From contig JBEKFY010000016.1 of NCBI GenBank assembly GCA_050013095.1, forward strand, positions 1,145 through 65,144: DNA of 64,000 nucleotides, in the 5' to 3' direction. Positions 1-7,860 of this stretch are shown one piece after another. Positions within the stretch are counted from its first letter, which is position 1, and every line of letters begins with the position of its first letter. The stretch comes from Anaerolineales bacterium. GTDB lineage: Bacteria > Chloroflexota > Anaerolineae > Anaerolineales > Villigracilaceae. The notes beneath the pieces were generated by a model. It was not told the DNA's origin. It did not search any database and worked only from the letters and a program-made list of their open reading frames with translations. The translations under genes and the position numbers were made by a program.

Positions 1-1205
1 ATACAAAAGATGTCTCTTTAGGATTTTCTGATTGTGATTTTCAAAATCAGTTTACAGCGGATGGAATTGGGGGTGATGATACCTCATTCTGGATGGAACG
101 ATGCAGTTTCAAACGAGACCTGCAATTAAGGGGAGCAAAACCAAGGGGACTAATATTAAAAGAATGTCTTATCAACGGATCGTTAGATTTAGAAAACACC
201 TGCTGTTCTGATTTCAGTGCTGAAAATCTAAAAACCTTCAACACCCATATTTTTGGACCTATGCAATCTGAGAATAATATCTCCTTGAACAACGCCATGT
301 TTGATGCGAATATCAAATTAGACGTTAAGTCGAAGGTACTAAATCTGAAAGGTGCTCGATTCGAGAGGGGTGGTCAAATCATTGCCGACTCATCTAAAAT
401 AATTGTTGACAACCTTGTTACAGGAGATCCACTCTTTATTTCCGGGAAGGTGCCCGATAGAAAACCAATTATTAATTCGCTTCAAGGCGCCGATACTGGC
501 CGAATTACTTTTTCAAATGTCGATATGAGTAGTTGCATTTTTTATGGGGCTAGGGATCTTAATAAAATAACGATAGAGCCTACTATTACATTCGCACTAT
601 CGCCAGGCCGATACGATATTAAACGGCGTTGCATCGCGGATGAATTTGCTTGGAGGATTAAATCCAGAAATTGGTTATCTAAAATCTGGGAAAAAACCTG
701 GATACGAACAATCAGTGGCGAGGAAGATCAATCTATTTCTGATCAAGTCACCCAACTGCCCACATTAGAAGCTCCGCAGGTTGCAATTGTGTATAGAAGT
801 CTACGAAATAGTTTCGAGGGGAAAAAGGATTTAATGAACGCAGCTGATTTTTATTATGGGGAAATGGAGATGAGGCGCCATAATCTCTCTGCGTCAGTCT
901 CCGATAGAATAATACTCACACTTTATTGGATTATCTCAGGATACGGTCTCTATGCTGCACGGGCGTTGATTTGCTTATTTATAGCAATATTAACCGGTGC
1001 TCTTTGCCTATTTAAATTCGGATTTACAACGCAATCAACTTTTATGGAAAGTCTTATTTTTTCATTCCGTTCTGCTATTCCTGGTTTGCAACCTACGGGG
1101 GAATTGACTATTATCGGTGAATGGACCGAGATCGTCCTATCGATATTAGGGCCTGTGTTGGCAGCACTCGCTGCATTAGCGATTCGCGAAAGGGTAAAGA
1201 GATAA
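1..1205 (+). CDS. Pentapeptide-repeat-like protein with C-terminal transmembrane helices; 5' end lies outside the window
   Basis: The frame of ORF 93-1205 stays open back to nt 3 (..TKDVSLGFSDCDFQNQFTADGIGGDDTSFW-MERCSF..). The N-terminal part has loose five-residue periodicity (CSFKRDLQLRG, LNNAMFDANIKLDV, LKGARFERG). Hydrophobic helices sit near the C-terminus (IILTLYWIISGYGLYAARALICLFIAILTGALCLF; IVLSILGPVLAALAALAI). Confidence 0.5.
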   Translation, partial: TKDVSLGFSDCDFQNQFTADGIGGDDTSFWMERCSFKRDLQLRGAKPRGLILKECLINGSLDLENTCCSDFSAENLKTFNTHIFGPMQSENNISLNNAMFDANIKLDVKSKVLNLKGARFERGGQIIADSSKIIVDNLVTGDPLFISGKVPDRKPIINSLQGADTGRITFSNVDMSSCIFYGARDLNKITIEPTITFALSPGRYDIKRRCIADEFAWRIKSRNWLSKIWEKTWIRTISGEEDQSISDQVTQLPTLEAPQVAIVYRSLRNSFEGKKDLMNAADFYYGEMEMRRHNLSASVSDRIILTLYWIISGYGLYAARALICLFIAILTGALCLFKFGFTTQSTFMESLIFSFRSAIPGLQPTGELTIIGEWTEIVLSILGPVLAALAALAIRERVKR

Positions 1206-1404
1206 TTCGATTATTAGGTATTTTATTAAATCGAATGTTGTAAGTGAAATAATAGCGCCCACGACATTTGTTTGAATGTTAATTTATTTTTCAGGAATGG
1301 CCAAAATAAAACCTTATTTACTCTCTTCGCAAACCCTTTTGAAGACAAAAATATCTAAACTTAACATTCTTTTGGTATATTAAATAATCGAGAATCGATA
1401 AAGA

Positions 1405-4400
1405 TTAGCTTATATTATTAAATGGTTTCTTATCTTTAAGTTGTTTAAGGGCCCGAGATTTCATAATATGGGTATCTTGGATCCCATACTTCTCGCAAAT
1501 TCGTTGACGGACATCGTAAGGTACGGGATATACCTGCATATATTGCCATAACAAATGTTTAAATATCGTGACAGCAAATCGATTCTTTCTGATGATTTTA
1601 TAAAGGTCAGTTGTCTCCTTCTCGCGAAAACCCTTAAAATTATCGAGGTGCACTGAGAGATCAATAAATCGGTAAGAGGTATTTTCTGTTGATTGCAATA
1701 ACTCTTTATATGTGAGGGTCAATAGCTCCATTCCTACTGAGTTTGAGACGTGCTTTACCAGCGTAAACGTAAAACCCTCCATGATAGAGAAAAGCAAGAA
1801 TTTCACTTCCTTATTAAGTCTTTCATATGGCCATTTTGGATTCTGAGAATTTAGAATTTCCGCCAGCTTTTGAACCATATCTTCACGGTTTGATTCTATG
1901 GTCTCCAGGATGTATTTCATTACTCGCAATCCGAGAGAATAACACTCTCGTGCAAGGGCAAGTTTTTGTTCGCCCACTAATGAGCCGGAGAAATTTCTAA
2001 GAAGTTGGCCAAGTATTTGTATTGTCTTAAACGCCACATTTAGCTGTAATACTTCCTCCATCTCAATGTCAGATTTCTCTTCGACGATTTCTTCTATCTG
2101 CTTGTCGGTTGAAGGAACTGTATTTTCTGATTCCTTTTGTGATGATTCATCCTGGGAATCACTTGGTACGGGCAGGAATCGCGGAAGATTTGGTATCAGA
2201 TCACTAACACGCTTGGTGTCTTTTGCGATATCACATTCTTGATAAGATGTGAAAAGAACTTTTGAGGAGGTCAATAACGTCTCGAGAATATAAGGGTCCT
2301 TGCATGAATAACACAGAAAGATAAGGATATTTGCCGATTCTGTATTGTGTAGCCGCTCACACATCCAATGAATTAGCCTCTTTATCTCAGGCTGACTTAC
2401 ATGCTCACTTAGATATCTGCCTACAAAATAATAATAAAGATAAGGGTATCTAAATGAGATTCCACTTATATCCATTTGAAGGACGGACACGTCACATAAA
2501 TCATTGAGGATTCTGTCTTGATCTATGATTAATGAATGATTACTGCAATATTCTTGGTGCCAAATAACAAGATCGTCATGATCAATCGTGGAAATATGAT
2601 GGGTGTAAAACGAATACGCCAATTCGGAAAGATAGCTGTATTGAATATCTATATTACCAACCACTTTGGTTTTTTGGGCAAAGGCCATTGTCAATAATGA
2701 CTCGTATACAAAACCATATGTGCCCGACTTAGTGTTTACTGGATTATGAAGCTCGAGTTGTTGTATGATACCCAATACGAAGATTGGATATGAAGGAATG
2801 AAGTTGCTTCCTATTAGAGAAGCTACTAATTTATTTGCTTGCAGAGTACGGTGCTTCAGGTTAGCTTCATCAATAGATTCGGTTTTCCCCAATGCATACC
2901 ACCTCATCACTAATTCTGACCTTTTACCTTCACCAAATTCCATTAGCTCACAGGTAGTAAAATCCATAAAAAGCGTCTGGTCTCCAAGCTTAGTTGAGAT
3001 TAAGTCGCCAAATCGCATTTGGTCATTGCCGAAAAGCACTATCGTATCATAAAGACCTTCTAGTAGCTGAAGAATCTTGTCTTTGCCCCCATGATTAAGT
3101 GAGCATTTCTGAAAATCGTCAACTATGAGAACTTTCATGTCCGGTTCAAGTTGTTCATACGCCGAGTAATTGGGCGACTCATATAATTTCCCAAAATAAC
3201 TTTGAATGTCGGCGATAACGTGGTTTTCATCGCAGTTCTTTAGCTCTTCACCAGGAATCAGTAGAGGGACAAGATTGCGTTTCCTAAAGTCTTTAAATAA
3301 GGATTTTGCCAAAGATGTCTTGCCACATTTCTCGGAGCCGATAAGCAAGACCCTTTTGTTCTTCAATATATATTCTGGTAGCCTTTCACGAACTATCGTT
3401 TTTGACCACTCATCCTCACCTCTAATATGTGTCATCTTTATTGGAGGATCAACAAAAATGTCTTCAAGGTAGACATCGCGCTTATTTGGATGTGTAAATC
3501 GCACCCCTGGGTCTGAAAGTTCTTTTTCGAAATCTGCCCGAAGCGAATACTCTCTCTTCAATCTGAGGTTATTGCGGATTAGGGGACGTGCATCTGCAGC
3601 TTGGTGCTCATACAATTCGTCTTCATCGTTCCATGAAAAGTGATATATCTCGTGAGTCTTATCTTCCAAATTTATGACGATAGCGTTGAATTCGCTGTCT
3701 CGTCTGGATTTTCCTTGTAATGTTCCGCCCTCAATAAACTCAGTTTCGATTGCATGTGGACGAACTTTACTGTAAATATCGCTGTCATGTTCATGGCCAG
3801 TTAAAACAATATCGGATGTTGATTCGATAGATCTTTTAAATGTTCGGGAATTCGTAGCATTTAACCACGGATAGGGATGATGAAATGCAGTAATTACGAT
3901 TAAGGCCGTACCGGATTCGGGGGCAAGCGCCTTTTGCAGATTATTCACAGGAAAGAGTAGTTTCCCCTGAATTTCATTTTTAGACGACATCCAAGCGGTG
4001 TTCAATAAATTGAATCTTATAATACCTTCACCCGCATCAAATTCTTTAAACCCACATAAGCTGATTTCAGGTCCATTAGTTCCATGCCATACTGATGCGA
4101 AATTATAGTAATTGGATTGGACTGAAACAATCTGAGATATAACCTTATCATCAATCTTTTCTTCTGTAATTGACTCTAATAGTAAGTCTCGAACCGAGTC
4201 GGGTGCTGTGAAATCGCAATCATGGTTGCCAGGGACTAACAGGAAATCAATAGCAACATCACTAAGCCGATCTTGCAATGTGGTCTCAATTTGCTTGAAG
4301 AAAGCATGAGCTGCCTGATATTGTTGGACACCCCCTGAAAAGGCAATATCACCCGTAACTAATACGAATATGTGATCAACATTGAGAAATACACCAGCGC

Positions 4401-4494
4401 AAGCACTGGAAATCTTTTCTGTCCGGTTGAGTATAAAATCACTCGGAGATCTACCGAAATGGATGTCGCTAAGATGCAATATTGCAAGTTTCAT
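1405..4494 (-). CDS. Giant fusion protein: calcineurin-like metallophosphoesterase + P-loop (STAND/AAA-like) NTPase + long helical C-terminal region
   Basis: The ORF runs 1405-4551. Preferred start is ATG at 4494, preceded by GGAGGG. All five metallophosphoesterase motifs are present: LSDIHFG (DxH), TGDIAFSG (GD), VPGNHDCDF (GNHD), AFHHPYPW, LTGHEHD. These are followed by Walker A LLIGSEKCGKTS and Walker B KVLIVDDF, an alpha-helical region of about 550 aa, and an acidic linker (DSQDESSQKESEN..EEIVEEKSDIEMEE). Confidence 0.75.
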   Translation of the reverse strand: MKLAILHLSDIHFGRSPSDFILNRTEKISSACAGVFLNVDHIFVLVTGDIAFSGGVQQYQAAHAFFKQIETTLQDRLSDVAIDFLLVPGNHDCDFTAPDSVRDLLLESITEEKIDDKVISQIVSVQSNYYNFASVWHGTNGPEISLCGFKEFDAGEGIIRFNLLNTAWMSSKNEIQGKLLFPVNNLQKALAPESGTALIVITAFHHPYPWLNATNSRTFKRSIESTSDIVLTGHEHDSDIYSKVRPHAIETEFIEGGTLQGKSRRDSEFNAIVINLEDKTHEIYHFSWNDEDELYEHQAADARPLIRNNLRLKREYSLRADFEKELSDPGVRFTHPNKRDVYLEDIFVDPPIKMTHIRGEDEWSKTIVRERLPEYILKNKRVLLIGSEKCGKTSLAKSLFKDFRKRNLVPLLIPGEELKNCDENHVIADIQSYFGKLYESPNYSAYEQLEPDMKVLIVDDFQKCSLNHGGKDKILQLLEGLYDTIVLFGNDQMRFGDLISTKLGDQTLFMDFTTCELMEFGEGKRSELVMRWYALGKTESIDEANLKHRTLQANKLVASLIGSNFIPSYPIFVLGIIQQLELHNPVNTKSGTYGFVYESLLTMAFAQKTKVVGNIDIQYSYLSELAYSFYTHHISTIDHDDLVIWHQEYCSNHSLIIDQDRILNDLCDVSVLQMDISGISFRYPYLYYYFVGRYLSEHVSQPEIKRLIHWMCERLHNTESANILIFLCYSCKDPYILETLLTSSKVLFTSYQECDIAKDTKRVSDLIPNLPRFLPVPSDSQDESSQKESENTVPSTDKQIEEIVEEKSDIEMEEVLQLNVAFKTIQILGQLLRNFSGSLVGEQKLALARECYSLGLRVMKYILETIESNREDMVQKLAEILNSQNPKWPYERLNKEVKFLLFSIMEGFTFTLVKHVSNSVGMELLTLTYKELLQSTENTSYRFIDLSVHLDNFKGFREKETTDLYKIIRKNRFAVTIFKHLLWQYMQVYPVPYDVRQRICEKYGIQDTHIMKSRALKQLKDKKPFNNIS

Positions 4495-4628
4495 ACACCC
4501 TCCCAATATGGATATGCCAAGTTTACAGACCTTCCTTGAAGAAGTATACATTATTATCGATATATAAAACCCGGGTTAATTTCTAGGCATTTGTACCTTC
4601 TTTTAGCTTGAATATTTTTTGAAAAAAC

Positions 4629-4657
4629 TTGACAACCCATCGCGAAAGTTGTATTAT
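4629..4657 (+). promoter_or_regulatory. Near-consensus sigma70-type promoter facing rightwards
   Basis: TTGACA (4629-4634), exactly 17 nt spacer, TATTAT (4652-4657). It lies in AT-rich intergenic DNA between the divergently oriented MPE-NTPase gene and the recombinase cluster. Confidence 0.5.
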
Positions 4658-4663
4658 AGTTTT

Positions 4664-4806
4664 GGTTGTTTTTGGGTTTATAAAATAAATAAACCCTAAC
4701 CACTCGTCAGCTCCGGAACAGACGCAGTTTCCGGAAAATCCTCGTGAGCAGCATTAGCAATTCCCCACAGAAAAAAGGGGAGAGTGCCGGGCACGAGTTT
4801 TTCTTT
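4664..4806 (+). ncRNA. Candidate small structured RNA or 5' leader downstream of the consensus promoter
   Basis: No ORF on either strand. Hairpins: GGGTTTAT/ATAAACCC (4674-4696), CCGGAA/TTCCGG (4713-4734), CTCGTG...CACGAG (4741-4797) enclosing CCCC/GGGG. These are followed by TTTTTCTTT (4798-4806). Boundaries are inferred, not measured. Confidence 0.25.
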
Positions 4807-5107
4807 AAAGCCCCCCAGCACACACAACCCCATAGAGGCGTACCGTCACCGAACTACCGTTGAGGAACCGCCTCACAGATGCAAATGAACACCGCTTAGA
4901 TTCATTTGCCGCACGCCTACAGAAGACCCTTCTTTCAATGGGAAACTATGCACTGGTACCCTAAGCGAGATCGGGACCCTGGTAGCCAGTGATGCACGCT
5001 AGTCCCAATTGCACCGGAATTTCGGTGAATGGCTTAACGGCAAGGTCTGAATTATTAATCTGGAAACAGTAGGAAACGATTGGAAATAAAAATAAAGAGG
5101 TAAATCT

Positions 5108-6082
5108 ATGCCATCCATAACGCATCAGGTCGCTCGATGTCTGGACCAGGTCACGCTCACGAAGGAAGAGATCGAGGAGTATAAGGTCGAACACGATACC
5201 GTTTCGGTCAAAAAATCTTTACGCCCGGGGGGAGATCCGACCAAACTGTTACCCAATATCCTCGGTATAGGAACAGTAAAAACCTATTTCAGAACTGGCA
5301 AGGTTTTCTTTGAACGAGCCAAAGAACTGTCTGGTGAAAATATGCTCGGCATGCTCCTGACTCATGATGTGATCCTCGCCACGTTCGATGCACATTACGC
5401 GAGTGCTGCAATGGGGACTGCCTCAAAACTCCAGGCGGCCATCAAACATATCTACGCCGGCGCCCTGCTCCTCGGTTGGGTCCATGGGAAGTGCCCGATC
5501 GAGAATGACTTGCGGGAGCGGAACAGCGATCATGTCCTCAAGCACCGCTATGGATACTTCCCAAATGATGCCAAGAGGATCATTGAGTATTTGAGGGTTC
5601 ATTCCGACACCTACTATCTCCCCGCCGAAATTGCGTTGAGATGCGGTCTTCGGGAGAATGAGATCTCCGGATTGAAAGTATCTGATGTCCATAGCCAGGA
5701 AAAGTTTCTCCGGTTCAAAGGAAAAGGGGGCAAGGGCCGGGACGTCCCCATTCCGACCTCCCTTCTAGAAGAGCTGAGCTTGATCCGGACACCGAATTAT
5801 TACTTCACCCCCAGTGAGTCCTGGTGTGCGAATTTTCGGACCATCGTCCAGAAAGCCTGCATGGCGGTCGGGATCGACGGTTCAGGGGTACATCGTTTGA
5901 GAGCCACGTACGCCCAGCTGCAGTACACCAAATTCAGGATGGCCGGCATGAACGATCAGAAAGCCCGACTAGCTGTCTCGAAATTGCTCGGCCACAACCG
6001 GATTGACGTTACCTATGCTTACATTCCCAGGGGGTTCAACTGGGAAGAATATGTGCCCTTTGTTGAGCAGGAAACGCATTGA
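5108..6082 (+). CDS. Tyrosine recombinase/integrase
   Basis: RBS AAAGAGG lies upstream of the ATG. Catalytic-type motifs: GLRENEISGL (Arg), VHRLRATYA (HxxR), LLGHNR (His), VTYAYI (Tyr). Confidence 0.85.
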   Translation: MPSITHQVARCLDQVTLTKEEIEEYKVEHDTVSVKKSLRPGGDPTKLLPNILGIGTVKTYFRTGKVFFERAKELSGENMLGMLLTHDVILATFDAHYASAAMGTASKLQAAIKHIYAGALLLGWVHGKCPIENDLRERNSDHVLKHRYGYFPNDAKRIIEYLRVHSDTYYLPAEIALRCGLRENEISGLKVSDVHSQEKFLRFKGKGGKGRDVPIPTSLLEELSLIRTPNYYFTPSESWCANFRTIVQKACMAVGIDGSGVHRLRATYAQLQYTKFRMAGMNDQKARLAVSKLLGHNRIDVTYAYIPRGFNWEEYVPFVEQETH

Positions 6083-6690
6083 GATCCGCTCACGGATTAT
6101 TTGTAGGCGAACAAGATATGAACATGACCCATCATCGCCTCAAGCTTCCCCACTGTGTGATCGTCAAATCCCCGGGACTCCTACCCATGCTCTATAAAGT
6201 GTCCGAACTGGCCGAGGATCTGCATGTCCCGGATCGTACCCTGAGAGATTGGCTGGAGATGGGTGCCCCATACATCAAAGACGGGAGCAAGCATATCTGG
6301 ATCAACGGTCGGGAATTTGCCGATTGGGTAGCCGGCCATCGCAAACCAAAACGGGAGAGAAGGCTGACCGATACCCAGGCGTATTGCTTCCGATGTAATG
6401 AGGTCGTGGAGATGGTGGGGCCAGAGATCCTGCCCCTTAAAGGCAAGCTCGTCAATGTACGTGGTAGATGCCCTAAGTGTGGTTGTGTCATCAATCGGGG
6501 TAACCGGATTCCCGATGTGACTACACGAAGCAATATTCAGGAATCAAAAGGAAGCAGCAATGATCCTACGGGACAATTACCTCAGGGTCAAGGACCATCT
6601 TCTTTATCTGCACGAAGTGCACCAGGTCCAGATGGTAACGGTACAGAGCTATTGGACGTATCTGCGCCATCTGTTACTCTGGTTGGATGA
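6079..6690 (+). CDS. Excisionase-like HTH protein with C-terminal zinc ribbon; start uncertain
   Basis: MerR/Xis-type HTH YKVSELAEDLHVPDRTLRDWLEMG. Zinc ribbon CFRCNEVV..x..CPKCGC. Alternative starts at 6118 or 6187. The low-complexity 3' tail overlaps the next gene by about 130 nt. Confidence 0.55.
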   Translation: MRSAHGLFVGEQDMNMTHHRLKLPHCVIVKSPGLLPMLYKVSELAEDLHVPDRTLRDWLEMGAPYIKDGSKHIWINGREFADWVAGHRKPKRERRLTDTQAYCFRCNEVVEMVGPEILPLKGKLVNVRGRCPKCGCVINRGNRIPDVTTRSNIQESKGSSNDPTGQLPQGQGPSSLSARSAPGPDGNGTELLDVSAPSVTLVG

Positions 6691-7657
6691 TCAGCCTCTC
6701 GCAAAAGCCGACAAGATCCGCCCCACTTTCCCTGTCTATATAAGCTCCCTGCCGGGAAAGGACGGGGTGCCGGCCCTGGCAATCGAATCACAAAAAAGCA
6801 TCATGGATGTCAGCAGGCGTTTCTTCCACTGGGCCAAGGCAGAAGGGATACACGGATTCCAGTCCATGCCGCAGTCCTGGATCGAAACCCTGAAGGTGGC
6901 CCCTTTTGCGGCCGAGATCCCGCGCTCCCATATCTATGTGACCGAAGAGGAGATCCTGCAGATCGCACGGATACCTGTCCTACCGGATGACCTGGCCGGT
7001 CTCCGTGACAAAGCGGCGGCGTGCATGTTATTCCTGTCCGGAGCCCGAGCTCAGGCTTTCACCACTCTTCCCATCCAGGCAGTCTTCCTGGAAAACCATT
7101 CCATCGACCAGTTCCCCTCTCTGGGCGTAAAAACGAAATTCAATCGATCGATGACGACGTTCCTGCTGGAGATCCCCGAATTACTGGCTGTCGTCCAGGA
7201 GTGGGACACACTTGTACGGGCCCAGCTCTCCCCATCCAGTCCATGGTATGCCGTCATTAATAACCAATGGGGAGAGCAGCATATAACCGATAAAAACCCA
7301 GGGCGCAACCGGGTTGAATCCCTTGATAAACGCATGAAGCGATTAATCACCCAAGCCGGCCTGACATTTAAATCCGCCCACAAATTCCGCCACGGCCACG
7401 CGGTCTATGGACTTCTTCACGCCCGCACGCCGGCTGATTTCAAAGCGGTCTCGATGAATCTGATGCACAGGAGTACAGAGATTACCGATCAGATCTATGC
7501 ATTTCTTTCTGAAGGTGATCTCAAAGCGCATATCCTCAAGTTAGCCGGCAATCCGATCATTGGTCAAAACGGCGAATTGGAAGCGATGATCCGTGGTTCC
7601 AACAAGGAAGAGCTAAAACATGCCCTCGAAGTGATCGGCGAAATGATCGCCAGGTGA
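6560..7657 (+). CDS. Tyrosine recombinase/integrase (second copy, different sequence)
   Basis: ATG 6560 is preceded by AAAGGAAG. It has an N-terminal SAM-like core-binding region. Catalytic-type motifs: SGARAQAF (Arg), HKFRHGHA (HxxR), LMHRS, DQIYAF (Tyr). Confidence 0.8.
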   Translation: MILRDNYLRVKDHLLYLHEVHQVQMVTVQSYWTYLRHLLLWLDDQPLAKADKIRPTFPVYISSLPGKDGVPALAIESQKSIMDVSRRFFHWAKAEGIHGFQSMPQSWIETLKVAPFAAEIPRSHIYVTEEEILQIARIPVLPDDLAGLRDKAAACMLFLSGARAQAFTTLPIQAVFLENHSIDQFPSLGVKTKFNRSMTTFLLEIPELLAVVQEWDTLVRAQLSPSSPWYAVINNQWGEQHITDKNPGRNRVESLDKRMKRLITQAGLTFKSAHKFRHGHAVYGLLHARTPADFKAVSMNLMHRSTEITDQIYAFLSEGDLKAHILKLAGNPIIGQNGELEAMIRGSNKEELKHALEVIGEMIAR

Positions 7658-7860
7658 CGATCTCTTAGTCCGAGAGACGCCGCATCAACTCTGGAGCTGG
7701 ATACCCTCATTCGTCAATCCATCCACGACGGCTACCATCGTCAAATCGAAGTTATTGGGCAGATCATGGCCGGAAGATCAATTCAACTTCATCACATCCC
7801 ATTCTCTGAGAAGAGCCCAGCTTATCCAAATACTCATCACTCTTCATCCATGGAGGAAGT

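Noticed and set aside
4700-5100. The possibility that the structured non-coding region is a tmRNA, RNase P RNA, riboswitch, retron ncRNA or group II intron.
   Set aside because: There is no tRNA-like acceptor/T-arm pair, tag ORF, conserved RNase P or riboswitch core, or domain V-like motif. No reverse transcriptase gene lies nearby. It is left as an unclassified candidate.
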